Virus record (IMG/VR): IMGVR_UViG_3300006120_000018
Source: an uncultured virus (IMG/VR IMGVR_UViG_3300006120_000018)
Lineage: Duplodnaviria; Heunggongvirae; Uroviricota; Caudoviricetes
Length of the DNA stretch: 64,000 bases
Direction: 5' to 3' (one strand)
The position numbers and the translations under genes are program-made. A model generated the notes under the pieces. The model was not told where the DNA came from. It ran no database searches and saw nothing but the letters and a program-made list of their open reading frames with translations. Within the stretch, counting starts at the first letter, position 1. Every line of letters starts with the position of its first letter. Of this stretch, positions 20,851-30,370 are shown in pieces.

Positions 20851-22035
20851 TTATTCTTCGCTAGATTCATCATCTTCATCAATATCATCTACATCTTCTG
20901 CAAGTTTAGCCATTTCCTTGTCGATAATAGCTGAAGGTGTTTCTGCTTCTCCACCATACTTGAGTTTTTCTTGGAGCACCTTTTCCAATTCTGGCATGAT
21001 CATCTCCCAAATTTCAGCATTCTTTTCGATGTTTTTTCTAAATCCTATAGACTTATCACCAAACTTATATGATCTACCTTCTTTTTGTATTAATCCAAAT
21101 GCTTCAGCCATATCAAACAATCCAGCATAAGGATCTAATCCAGTTTGAAAGTTTAAATACAATTCAGTTTTTAAATATGATGGAATGAAACGGTTCTTAG
21201 TTGTTAATGCACCCAAAGTAACACCAGAAACATTATGTGATATTTCTACTGCGGCTTCATCAGGATTTTCTGAAGATTTTTCTTGCTTTGTGCTTAATTG
21301 GACTAACACCGAAGCGAGATATGTTGGTGCCTTTCCTCCACTCGTAGTTTTAACCAAAGAAGGATACATGTCACCAGGATTATCATAAATATGATTACTG
21401 AACAAAATTGGAACTCTAGCTTTCGCAGATTTATATGTCAAAGCTCGCATCATACTCCGAATACTCTTACTTCTTGTACCCATGTCTGCGGCACTTTTAC
21501 CTTCTTGTGCATCTTTAATTTCTTTAGCGGATGATAAATTACCTAAAGAATCGATAGATATGATAAATTTATTTTTCTCTTTGTTTGATGGGTCTTCTGA
21601 ATTGGATTTAATAACATTATCCAAAAACATACAAATTTGGTTTCTACAGTCTTCAATAGCTTCTACTGGATAATATTTAACTTTCTTTGGATTTCCGCCT
21701 ACAGACTTTATGTTGTCTTTATCAACTGCAACTTCAGAGTCCCAAATAACTCCAATATAACCTTCTTTTTGTGCATTAGCAATTACTTTATTAATAATCA
21801 AAGTTTTACCAGACATACTCGGACCTGAAAATCCTGTAATACGACTTTTTGGAATACCGCCATATAGTGATCCTGATATAATTGCGTTTAATGCATAACA
21901 ACCAGTGGAAATATAACCATCAGGTGTTGATAATGTGGAATCTGATAATATTTCTGCATCAGGATTTAATTTATCCACTGATCCAAAAATTCCACTAAAT
22001 CCTTTCAATTCATTTTTTTCTTTTTTAATAGCCAT
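20851..22035 (-). CDS. uvsX: RecA-like recombinase UvsX
   Basis: ISTGCYALNAIISG, GPSMSGKT, WDSE, IDSLGNL, ADMGTR, KNRF. Confidence 0.92.
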   Translation of the reverse strand: MAIKKEKNELKGFSGIFGSVDKLNPDAEILSDSTLSTPDGYISTGCYALNAIISGSLYGGIPKSRITGFSGPSMSGKTLIINKVIANAQKEGYIGVIWDSEVAVDKDNIKSVGGNPKKVKYYPVEAIEDCRNQICMFLDNVIKSNSEDPSNKEKNKFIISIDSLGNLSSAKEIKDAQEGKSAADMGTRSKSIRSMMRALTYKSAKARVPILFSNHIYDNPGDMYPSLVKTTSGGKAPTYLASVLVQLSTKQEKSSENPDEAAVEISHNVSGVTLGALTTKNRFIPSYLKTELYLNFQTGLDPYAGLFDMAEAFGLIQKEGRSYKFGDKSIGFRKNIEKNAEIWEMIMPELEKVLQEKLKYGGEAETPSAIIDKEMAKLAEDVDDIDEDDESSEE

Positions 22036-22063
22036 AATGTATTTATATGTTGATGCGAAAGCT

Positions 22064-22099
22064 AATGGTAGTGGATGGCATCAAACATCCACTACCATT
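22064..22099. terminator. Strong hairpin between the 22114 ORF and uvsX
   Basis: AATGGTAGTGGATG-N8-CATCCACTACCATT, 14-bp stem. Confidence 0.6.
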
Positions 22100-22113
22100 T
22101 TTAATATTTCCTA

Positions 22114-22488
22114 TTACTTCACATCATCGAACAACTTAATAGTAGGCGGTTCGTTACTTGCTTGTGGGATAATGATTGGTGATGGATTAAAAATCTGTGC
22201 ATACTGTGCAGGAAGTTTAAAGTCATAAACAATATCTTCGCTTTCTGTGATATTGTTCCGCTTATACTTCCAAACAGTTCCAGAATCTTTGTCAGCCAAA
22301 AACTCACGGAAAAACAATGGCAATATTTGCAATTGTATCTGTCCAGTTTGAGGATTTGGGACAATATGAATCAACGCAGGATTCTTAATTGCCAATACTT
22401 CGTTATTTGATTGTTCTGCAACCGCTTCGCCAATAATAGTTCTGCCGATTGTGTCAAGGAATGTAGTTAATTTAATAGTTTCGCTCAT
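22114..22488 (-). CDS. Hypothetical protein (small beta-rich, Sm-like pattern)
   Basis: GRTIIGE..LAIKNPALI..QLQILP..YAQIF..IIIP resembles small conserved proteins of T4-like phages. Confidence 0.55.
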   Translation of the reverse strand: MSETIKLTTFLDTIGRTIIGEAVAEQSNNEVLAIKNPALIHIVPNPQTGQIQLQILPLFFREFLADKDSGTVWKYKRNNITESEDIVYDFKLPAQYAQIFNPSPIIIPQASNEPPTIKLFDDVK

Positions 22489-22533
22489 AATATTTCAAAT
22501 ATAATTTATGTATAGTATTTCCAAAATCAAGGG

Positions 22534-25500
22534 TTAATCAGAAAATAAATCAAATAAGTTTGTAGTAGTTTGATTGCACACATCAGGCATCATCCAATTC
22601 ACTCCATCATATAATCTTTCTATTGCTGGTAATATCTGTTTTTCAAACATCTTTTCTTTATCTACAACTAGTTTTGTAAATTCTTTAGGGTATTCACTAG
22701 GATAAGCAATGGCATCTAAACCATATACATTCTTCTTGAGATATACCCATTTAACCTTTTGATTTGAATTTATTCTCTCGTATTTATCTTCGATTTTTAA
22801 TAATTTCAAGAGTAAATTATATGCAATTGCTGCTTTTACATGCACTGGTGTTCCTGATTCGAATTTTGTCAGTGTTGAAGTCTTCGCATATTTTTCATAA
22901 TTGTTTACTGAAATACGAAACGCCATATCATCCAAACTTAATTGTTTAAAATCATCATACACCTTTATATACACTTCATTTGTAGACTTTAATGTTTTCA
23001 AAGATAATAAAGTATTCATTATCCGTTTGATAAATTCTTTAACTTCCTTAGATATTGTAGATTTCGCAACTTCAACTCCAACATATTTAAATTCATCAGT
23101 TTTCTTACCTTCTTTATCATTGATGTGTAATATATAACGTTTTTTCATCAAAAATACTCCTGCATCCGCAATAACTTCTCTTTTAAATACGAATCTTGGA
23201 TCAGTAGTATGCAATTCTCGTTTTGCCCACACATTAATCTCATCGTTTAATACATTGTCAATCTCATCAATAACAATAGCCGCATCTTTTGCGATATCAC
23301 CATTATCTTCTAATAGTTTATAATTTTTAATATCTAGTATTGGTGCAACAGTCAAGTAAATTGAATTATGGACTAATATATCATTTGCAAAATATGTTTG
23401 TTCCACTGGATTTTCTGTATCCATTTCAAAATCGTATACATATTCATCATCGAAAACATCAAGCTGTTCTACTTTAAATTTATCTGTAATTATAGTTTTA
23501 AGTATGCTCGTTATATTATCTGATATATACAATATTTTATCACTTTCTGCAATTTCTTTAGGTGATATTCTTGTTAGTTTATCATTCCTAACAACTACCA
23601 TATCATGATCTTCCGTTATGACCACACTTTTACCGTCTACCGTAATCTTATATCGTTTCTTGGTTACTTTATGCCGAATTATGTGTTTAATTTTACCATA
23701 AACTGGTATATTATTTTTATATGTTAAAATTTCTATACCATTAGTATGTTTCATTTCATGTCCAGATGATGTTTTTAGAATGATATTATCATTATTCTCC
23801 CAAAGTTTTTCTATTGTATCCTCACCATTCTTGTGTCGAATTATACTATCAAAAGCTACTGAGTCCGTATCACCGTACACCACAATACTTTTACCTGTCA
23901 CTCCGTATTTTTCCTTTGCGTGGCGATCTACAATATTTGCAGCCTCTTGTCCAACTGCTCTACCCGTTGCGGTGACTGATCTTGCAGCATCAATATCCGC
24001 AAAAATACAGTAATTATTCGCAAACGCCCCATATAAAGAATTAAGAAAAATCTTTACAGTATATTGCAAAGTGTCAAGATAAATAAGTTCATATTCATCT
24101 TCGTCGGTTTTCATTTTTTTCTTATCTATTTTTTTATATTTTGCTTTTGCATCTACTCGTTTTGTATAAAGATCGTCAACTAATTTTGGAATGATGCCTT
24201 TATTTTTTTGTGAATATATTACATTAGCATTTGATATACACATCTGTTCACTTATCAAAAACTTTTTCAATTTTGATATAGAGAGTGTATAAGATTTTCC
24301 TGTTACCAATACCAATTCCGCAACATCATCAGGATTATTAAAATCAGGATTGTTTATAAGTTTTCCCACTTTTGTCTCTGGTGATATGTTTAATGTAATA
24401 ATGGTGTTTGGGTATAGACTATTAGCATCGAAGCTTACAATGGCTTCCTGGAGTCCTGTAATAGGCTCTCTGACGAATCCACCAGGAAGTTCACCATTAA
24501 GATTAGGAGGGAATGTCGGAATGGTTAATCCTTCCTTTTTAGCTTGAATTGCAATAGCACCAACAACCAATGTTACTTTACCCAAAGCACTTTCAAAGTT
24601 CGAACAACCTTGGTATGAAAGCAATCTTGCGATTTGAATATATTTTAATTTCTCCTCAAGTTTAACAAGCAATGCAACATCTTGAATATTATACTCAACA
24701 AAATTTTTCCAATCTGTGTCTGCTAATGTCGAAAGATTTGTGGCATTTATTTCCAATTTCCCTTCGTTCAATTCTACTTCTCCAATATAATTTAATTTAT
24801 ACGATTCTCGTTTATCTCTTGCGAAGGTTTTATATAATAACATATAGTCCAATATACTCACGCCTTGGATATGCCATTTTATAAATTGTTGTCCAAAGTC
24901 ATTTGTTGCATTAGATGAATATAGTTTTCTGAATGGTGAAAGTCTTTTTGCTGCTGCTTCACCCATAACATTAGTAATACGATTGATTATATATGGAACG
25001 TCAAAACCATCACAATTATGGGTTTTTATACCATTACACACAAAATAATGAGTGGACGTTTCAATATCTGCCATTTCTGTGGGGGTTTCGGTTTTATATA
25101 TTTTTCTTATTTTTACTAAAATATTATCTTCCTTGATAAAGTATTTAATTTTATCACTAGAATTATTACATTTTTCAAAAAAACATACCCCTCCATCAAT
25201 TTTTCTATTTGGGTGTATAATATCAAGACCACGTAGAAAACTTTCATTTTCTAATATAAAAGGTATCCTATTTAATGTTTTAGTTTTTGTAGATATTACA
25301 TTATTCCACAATAATAATTGTTGTAAATTTGATAAGTTTTCTTCTATGCTATTACAGACGCCTAACGTTTTTTGGATATTAGAAAAACATCCATCGCCAT
25401 CAACCAAACCTGAATAAAAACTTTTAAATTGTTCATAAGATAGCATCGATATTGGGGTTATTGATATTTTTTTCTTGTTGTTTATATCGTAAATAAAAGG

Positions 25501-27096
25501 CAATAATATCCCAATTTTATTATTAACCGTCAAAGATTTATAATAACAACCATCCTTTACCTTTTGTGGTTTAGATAATTTTAATTGTTTATTGAATATT
25601 TTATTATATTTGTCAGTATAATATTCTGTGACTTCTTTATAAACACTACTATATGTATTCGAAAATTCTTTAAAATCTATACATCCATCAGTAAAAGTAA
25701 ACCCGATAAATTTTAAAATATCATTATCTATAATCTCGTCTATATCAACATCAAATCCCCCCCCATTAGTTGGGCAAAATTTTATTACAGATTCACCAGA
25801 AATATATTCTAAAATCATATCATCAGGAATATATTTTTGTAGATTTTTATAATTCCAACCTTTACGTCTCCAAAATTTGTTGCTGTGCCAATACTCTGGT
25901 TTTATTATTTCTTTAACTGGAGTATTCTTTAAATAATTTCTAATTTTTTCAGACTTTATGATAAAATCGAAATATTCATAGTTTTTTATATTTTCAAAAT
26001 TTTCTATTATATATTTTTTATACGTTAAATTTTGGTTGTTGTTTATTCTTTTATTAAGGACTATATAACAATCATCATTTAAATCTATATTTTTTAGTTT
26101 TGTGTCTTCTATTGTCCGATATAAAGAATTTTGGTTTTTATACAATTCCCTTCCTTTTTTACAAATCGGAAAAATATGCTCATTTGAGCAAAATATAGTA
26201 TTGCCAAATTCTGTCTCTATACAATATTCATCTTTGTTTCCTGTATCCTTAAAATCAACAACTTTGTTACTATCTCCATTAGCATCAAAAAGTTTGCTCC
26301 CCTTCTTTACATCACCAAATTTTATGATCTTATCAGTATTCCAAATATATTGATTCTTAGAAATACAATTCCAACCGACGAGAATATCCGGGTGATCTCT
26401 TTTCCAATGTTTAATAAATCCGTCTAACAATTCAAATTCTGAATCACACTTATGATAATAGACATTGGATTTTGTGGGTGTATAATCTTTAACCCCCCAA
26501 GTATGATATTCATTAGATATTGAATCATAAACAGTAATCAACAATACTGGAAATTTTGCATCAGAAGGATTTGGAAATTCTTGGGTTTGATAACAAGAAC
26601 TCATGATTCTCGACCATTCCTTGGTTTCCTCGTCCATTACAGTATACGAATCTTTGTCTAGTGTTAATAAATCTCCAACACATACAGTAGATATTTCTCC
26701 ATCATTCCTTTTTACTTCGACTTTATGTTGGTCACTAAAACGGTTACACTTAGTTTCTATGTCTATATAGAAAACCTTTAATGCAAACTTACTAAAATCC
26801 TTATCATCAATCTTATCGTAATATTCATCAATTAGATATTGTTGTTCAACTGGAAGGTTATTAAATATCCGTTCGTTTGGATTAAATTTAACATACTCTT
26901 TTCTCTCATAAGAATTTTTAAAATTTTTACGAAACAATGGTGTTTTAAAAATTGATAGACCGTCTTTAGCATCTTCCCTTTCAACATATAGATAAGGTTT
27001 ATAGGGTATTTCTGTATCTATTCTATCTCCATCTGGTGTCCAAGTTCTGAGATACACCAATCCCTCTTTACTGTCGTAATAACAATTTCTATACAT
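22534..27096 (-). CDS. gp43: Family B DNA polymerase (T4 gp43-like) with two inteins and a short intein-like insert
   Basis: DIET (ExoI), GWN/CDGFD (ExoII), YNIQDV (ExoIII), SFDANSLYP, KIFLNSLYG, YGDTD/S, KKRY. Confidence 0.95.
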   Translation of the reverse strand: MYRNCYYDSKEGLVYLRTWTPDGDRIDTEIPYKPYLYVEREDAKDGLSIFKTPLFRKNFKNSYERKEYVKFNPNERIFNNLPVEQQYLIDEYYDKIDDKDFSKFALKVFYIDIETKCNRFSDQHKVEVKRNDGEISTVCVGDLLTLDKDSYTVMDEETKEWSRIMSSCYQTQEFPNPSDAKFPVLLITVYDSISNEYHTWGVKDYTPTKSNVYYHKCDSEFELLDGFIKHWKRDHPDILVGWNCISKNQYIWNTDKIIKFGDVKKGSKLFDANGDSNKVVDFKDTGNKDEYCIETEFGNTIFCSNEHIFPICKKGRELYKNQNSLYRTIEDTKLKNIDLNDDCYIVLNKRINNNQNLTYKKYIIENFENIKNYEYFDFIIKSEKIRNYLKNTPVKEIIKPEYWHSNKFWRRKGWNYKNLQKYIPDDMILEYISGESVIKFCPTNGGGFDVDIDEIIDNDILKFIGFTFTDGCIDFKEFSNTYSSVYKEVTEYYTDKYNKIFNKQLKLSKPQKVKDGCYYKSLTVNNKIGILLPFIYDINNKKKISITPISMLSYEQFKSFYSGLVDGDGCFSNIQKTLGVCNSIEENLSNLQQLLLWNNVISTKTKTLNRIPFILENESFLRGLDIIHPNRKIDGGVCFFEKCNNSSDKIKYFIKEDNILVKIRKIYKTETPTEMADIETSTHYFVCNGIKTHNCDGFDVPYIINRITNVMGEAAAKRLSPFRKLYSSNATNDFGQQFIKWHIQGVSILDYMLLYKTFARDKRESYKLNYIGEVELNEGKLEINATNLSTLADTDWKNFVEYNIQDVALLVKLEEKLKYIQIARLLSYQGCSNFESALGKVTLVVGAIAIQAKKEGLTIPTFPPNLNGELPGGFVREPITGLQEAIVSFDANSLYPNTIITLNISPETKVGKLINNPDFNNPDDVAELVLVTGKSYTLSISKLKKFLISEQMCISNANVIYSQKNKGIIPKLVDDLYTKRVDAKAKYKKIDKKKMKTDEDEYELIYLDTLQYTVKIFLNSLYGAFANNYCIFADIDAARSVTATGRAVGQEAANIVDRHAKEKYGVTGKSIVVYGDTDSVAFDSIIRHKNGEDTIEKLWENNDNIILKTSSGHEMKHTNGIEILTYKNNIPVYGKIKHIIRHKVTKKRYKITVDGKSVVITEDHDMVVVRNDKLTRISPKEIAESDKILYISDNITSILKTIITDKFKVEQLDVFDDEYVYDFEMDTENPVEQTYFANDILVHNSIYLTVAPILDIKNYKLLEDNGDIAKDAAIVIDEIDNVLNDEINVWAKRELHTTDPRFVFKREVIADAGVFLMKKRYILHINDKEGKKTDEFKYVGVEVAKSTISKEVKEFIKRIMNTLLSLKTLKSTNEVYIKVYDDFKQLSLDDMAFRISVNNYEKYAKTSTLTKFESGTPVHVKAAIAYNLLLKLLKIEDKYERINSNQKVKWVYLKKNVYGLDAIAYPSEYPKEFTKLVVDKEKMFEKQILPAIERLYDGVNWMMPDVCNQTTTNLFDLFSD
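23365..23862 (-). other. Mini-intein (166 aa) at the polymerase YGDTD|S motif C site
   Basis: YGDTD|SVAFDSII...ITEDH...YVYDFEM..YFANDILVHN|SIY. Confidence 0.92.
25015..26367 (-). other. Intein (451 aa) with LAGLIDADG endonuclease in the ExoII motif
   Basis: VGWN|CISKNQ..CSNEH..FIGFTFTDG..FYSGLVDGDG..MADIET..FVCNGIKTHN|CDGFD. Confidence 0.92.
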
Positions 27097-27103
27097 TTCT
27101 CAA

Positions 27104-27131
27104 ATTATAATCCCCTTCCGCAAAAAATCAA
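27104..27131 (-). promoter_or_regulatory. Sigma70-like promoter of the DNA polymerase gene
   Basis: TTGATT-N16-TATAAT, 7 nt upstream of ATG. Confidence 0.65.
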
Positions 27132-27139
27132 ACTACTTC

Positions 27140-28393
27140 TTATGCGTTATATGGAATCTCTGATAAAAACTTTCTATCAGGCGATCCATAAGGAGTAAAG
27201 TATGCTTCGTAATGTTTTTGGAGATTTTCTGGAGATTCTAGCCAATATTTATCTGCTATTGCTCTGTGTTTTTTCACCAAGTCTGCATATCTCGTTTGAT
27301 CTTTTAGTGCGTATTTTACTTGGTCTATAAACTCATCTCCCGTATCATATTTTAAAATCGCATCAGAATACGTACACATATTCGGACAAATTACAGGAAT
27401 ACCAAGAGCACCACCTTCAATTAATTTTATGTTGCTTTTTGCAAAATTAAAGTTATTTTTTTGTAAAGCAGCAAAGCAAAGTTGTGTTCCAGAATTTGCC
27501 ATTGCTTCCGGGAAATTAGGCAGGTCAACCCAAGGACTATGAATAATCTCACCACTATCTATAAATGGTTTCAATGGTAATGGATAAGAGCCATAGAACT
27601 GCCAAGTATATTCTTTTCTAGTTTTAATTACTGCTTGAACAATTGCCTCGAAATCATCCTTTTGGTTTACACGATTAACAACATCAACATGAGTTCCTGA
27701 TGCGAATATAGAAATTACAGGTTTCTTTTTATTCTTTTCAAATTTCTTTACCATGTCCCCCAAATTGTAATACCTATCAAACCACCATTTCAACAAGTAA
27801 TTAGGAATAACGGTAACGTTTTTGTTGTTCGTTTTACTCTTGAAATAATCTGCCATGAAGTCACATGTCACAGTAATTTCCTCGCATAATTCGAGGATAT
27901 CAACAATACTACCACGAATAGAAGGATCAACAAAAGCATCTCTATTTCTATTATACATTGGGATATCCTCATGGAATACTATATCATCAATCTCGTAAAT
28001 AAGTTTGAATCCATATTTCTGTGAATAAGATTTCAACATTTTTACAAACTCTTTTTGTATTGGAGTAGCTTGTCTTTGAAGTTTTACGGCTTTAACTCCA
28101 GTATAAAATCTTTCATCAAGAATCATTGTAGTAGATTCCATAATTACTGCTTTGTTGTATAGGTTCAACATTAAATTTGGAGCCATACAACGATACCAAC
28201 TACAACCACCATAATCCGCCATATAATTTACTGCTCTTGGTAATCCTTGTCCTGGAATATCCATAGAGGGTGGTTGTGGTGCGGATTTCGTAGTTATTAT
28301 ATGATTTATGTGTGATGTTGAAGGAATATACGGAAGTCCTATTGGAGCACCTAACATATTATGCAATCCAGTATCTACGGTAGAATGAGTCAT
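27140..28393 (-). CDS. GT-B-type glycosyltransferase-like protein
   Basis: GGCSWYR, IYEIDD, ITVTCDFMADY, FNFAKSNIKLIEGGALGIPVI. Confidence 0.7.
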   Translation of the reverse strand: MTHSTVDTGLHNMLGAPIGLPYIPSTSHINHIITTKSAPQPPSMDIPGQGLPRAVNYMADYGGCSWYRCMAPNLMLNLYNKAVIMESTTMILDERFYTGVKAVKLQRQATPIQKEFVKMLKSYSQKYGFKLIYEIDDIVFHEDIPMYNRNRDAFVDPSIRGSIVDILELCEEITVTCDFMADYFKSKTNNKNVTVIPNYLLKWWFDRYYNLGDMVKKFEKNKKKPVISIFASGTHVDVVNRVNQKDDFEAIVQAVIKTRKEYTWQFYGSYPLPLKPFIDSGEIIHSPWVDLPNFPEAMANSGTQLCFAALQKNNFNFAKSNIKLIEGGALGIPVICPNMCTYSDAILKYDTGDEFIDQVKYALKDQTRYADLVKKHRAIADKYWLESPENLQKHYEAYFTPYGSPDRKFLSEIPYNA

Positions 28394-28419
28394 ATTATGT
28401 TTTATTTATAATTCTAAAT

Positions 28420-28622
28420 CTAAATTGCAACCTGATATTTTATATGATTTGAACTTTTATACCCCTTTAAAATGGTATCAGTATATTCCCAATCAAAAAT
28501 AGATGTAAACTTAGGAGTTTCTATTGTTGGTAAATCATATGTATCTTGAGTTAACTGCAATTTAACACCTTCGATATGCGATCTATAAATATGTGCATCC
28601 ATTAGGAATCCAATCAATTTAC
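28420..28622 (-). pseudogene. thyA: 3' remnant of thymidylate synthase truncated at the IS left end
   Basis: KLIGFLMDAHIYRSHIEGVKLQL...LP...L.GY.S...IKYQVAI is a ThyA C-terminus; no 5' part on either side of the IS. Confidence 0.8.
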
Positions 28623-28668
28623 ATTAGGGAGGTAAGAAAGCCCACTGATCTTTAGTCAGTGGGATGAA

Positions 28669-29064
28669 TTACCCCTGATTTTCTATATAAGATTTAATAG
28701 TTTCAGGATTTGAATTACCTATTGAACATACAAAATATCCATCAGCCCATAATATTTCTTTCTTCCAATAGTATTTCTTAAGAATATCAGAATATAATCT
28801 CCACATTTTATTTGTAGTTTCTTGTTTTAAATGCCTTACTATTTGTGATATAGACAATGAAGGTTCATATGTAATCATAAAATGTATATGATCTTTGTCT
28901 GTTTCATGTTGTATAATATGATATTTGGATTCTATTGTATTCAATATATTCTTTAATCCAATATCTAAAGTATTAATATTAAAACATTTCCTTCTATATT
29001 TCGTAAAAAAAATTAAATGACATAATAATAACGATTTGCTTCGATTTTTTGTACAATATTGCAT
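28669..29064 (-). CDS. tnpA: IS200-type Y1 HUH transposase
   Basis: CHLIFFTKYRRK, DHIHF (HUH), LWADGYFVCSIG, YIENQ. Confidence 0.92.
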   Translation of the reverse strand: MQYCTKNRSKSLLLCHLIFFTKYRRKCFNINTLDIGLKNILNTIESKYHIIQHETDKDHIHFMITYEPSLSISQIVRHLKQETTNKMWRLYSDILKKYYWKKEILWADGYFVCSIGNSNPETIKSYIENQG

Positions 29065-29078
29065 AAATATAATTATAC

Positions 29079-30338
29079 ATGATAGTGAAAGCATATAAGT
29101 TTAGACTTTATCCTACAGAAGAACAAAAGGTTCTTCTATCCAAACATTTTGGATGCGTAAGATTAACTTATAATTGGGCTTTAGATTATAAAACAAAACA
29201 CTATAAAGAAACTAAAGAAAATATACATTGGAAGTTCCTTTCTTCATCTAAAGATTTTTTTAATTATAAAAATGAAAATTCCTTCATAAAAGAAGTTAAT
29301 AGCCAGTCTATAATATCCGCTATCGGAAATCTGGATAATGCGTATAAGAACTTCTTTGAAGGTAGAGCGGAATTTCCTAAACATAAAGAGAAACATAATA
29401 AACAATCCTTTCAAGTTCCTCAACATGGTAAAATTGACATCAAAAAGGGACTACTTTTAATACCAAAATTCAAAGGCGGTATTAAATGCATCTTCCATAG
29501 AGAAATTCCAAATGGAAAACACGGAACTTATACGGTTAGTAAAAATAGAGCAGGAGAATATCATGTATCAGTCATGATACATACTGATATTAAACCAAAA
29601 GATAAATTACCAATGAAAAATGCTATTGGTTTAGATTTTGGATTAAAAACTTTTATTACTACATCCAAAGGAGAATCTATAAAATCTCCTTTGTTCTTTA
29701 AGAAATCAAAAAGAAAACTAAGAATCAAACAAAGACAACTTTCAAAAACAAAAAAACATGGTAAAAATAGAAACAAAAAAAGAATAAAAGTAGCTAGACT
29801 ATATAACAAAATAACAAACCAAAGACAGGACTTCTTACATAAACTAAGTCACAAATTAATCAGTGATAATCAAATTGATACTATTTGTATTGAGGACTTA
29901 AACATAGAAGCAATGAAAAAACTTTGGGGTAACAAGATCAGTGATCTATCATGGTATACTTTCACAACAATGTTAGCTTATAAAGCAGACTTGTATGGTA
30001 AAAATATCATTAAAATAGGTAGATTTGATCCTAGTAGTAAATTATGTTCTAAATGTGGACACATATACAGAAATCTTTCTTTAAAAGAAAGAACTTGGAC
30101 ATGTTCAAGTTGTCATACCACTCATAATAGAGACATTAATGCTGCTATAAATATAAGAGATTTTGGTATGAATAAATACCAACTAAGTAGGGAACCTACT
30201 GATGTAATGCCTTTGGAGAAGAAAGCTCTGGCTAGAAGAAATCGAAAGAAATCTTCTAGTGAAACTGGATTCGATGAATTAGGAAAAAAGAAGTTCTTTT
30301 TAGAACCGAAGCCCATCCGATCTTTAGTCGGTGGGTAG
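29079..30338 (+). CDS. tnpB: RNA-guided nuclease TnpB
   Basis: KAYKFRLYPT HTH; RuvC GLDFG / IEDL / RDINAAIN; CSKCG..CSSC zinc ribbon. Confidence 0.95.
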   Translation: MIVKAYKFRLYPTEEQKVLLSKHFGCVRLTYNWALDYKTKHYKETKENIHWKFLSSSKDFFNYKNENSFIKEVNSQSIISAIGNLDNAYKNFFEGRAEFPKHKEKHNKQSFQVPQHGKIDIKKGLLLIPKFKGGIKCIFHREIPNGKHGTYTVSKNRAGEYHVSVMIHTDIKPKDKLPMKNAIGLDFGLKTFITTSKGESIKSPLFFKKSKRKLRIKQRQLSKTKKHGKNRNKKRIKVARLYNKITNQRQDFLHKLSHKLISDNQIDTICIEDLNIEAMKKLWGNKISDLSWYTFTTMLAYKADLYGKNIIKIGRFDPSSKLCSKCGHIYRNLSLKERTWTCSSCHTTHNRDINAAINIRDFGMNKYQLSREPTDVMPLEKKALARRNRKKSSSETGFDELGKKKFFLEPKPIRSLVGG

Positions 30339-30370
30339 TTCACATCATTCACTTCTATTGTTTTCATATT

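Larger units (their letters stand above)
28623..30343 (+). mobile_element. IS200/IS605-family element (divergent tnpA + tnpB)
   Basis: Target TTAC (28619-22); left-end hairpin AAAG-CCCACTGA-tctttag-TCAGTGGG; right-end hairpin GAAG-CCCATCCGA..TCGGTGGG-TAGTTCAC ending in TCAC. Confidence 0.9.

Noticed and set aside
28623..30343. IStron (group I intron-IS hybrid) that could restore thyA by splicing
   Set aside because: No room for a ribozyme core (tnpA ends within ~50 bp of the left end), the element is antisense to thyA, and the flanks do not rejoin in frame
30122..30367. 81-aa minus-strand ORF MKTIEVNDVNYPP...
   Set aside because: Chimera of an 8-codon gene stub reading into the antisense of the IS right end and tnpB
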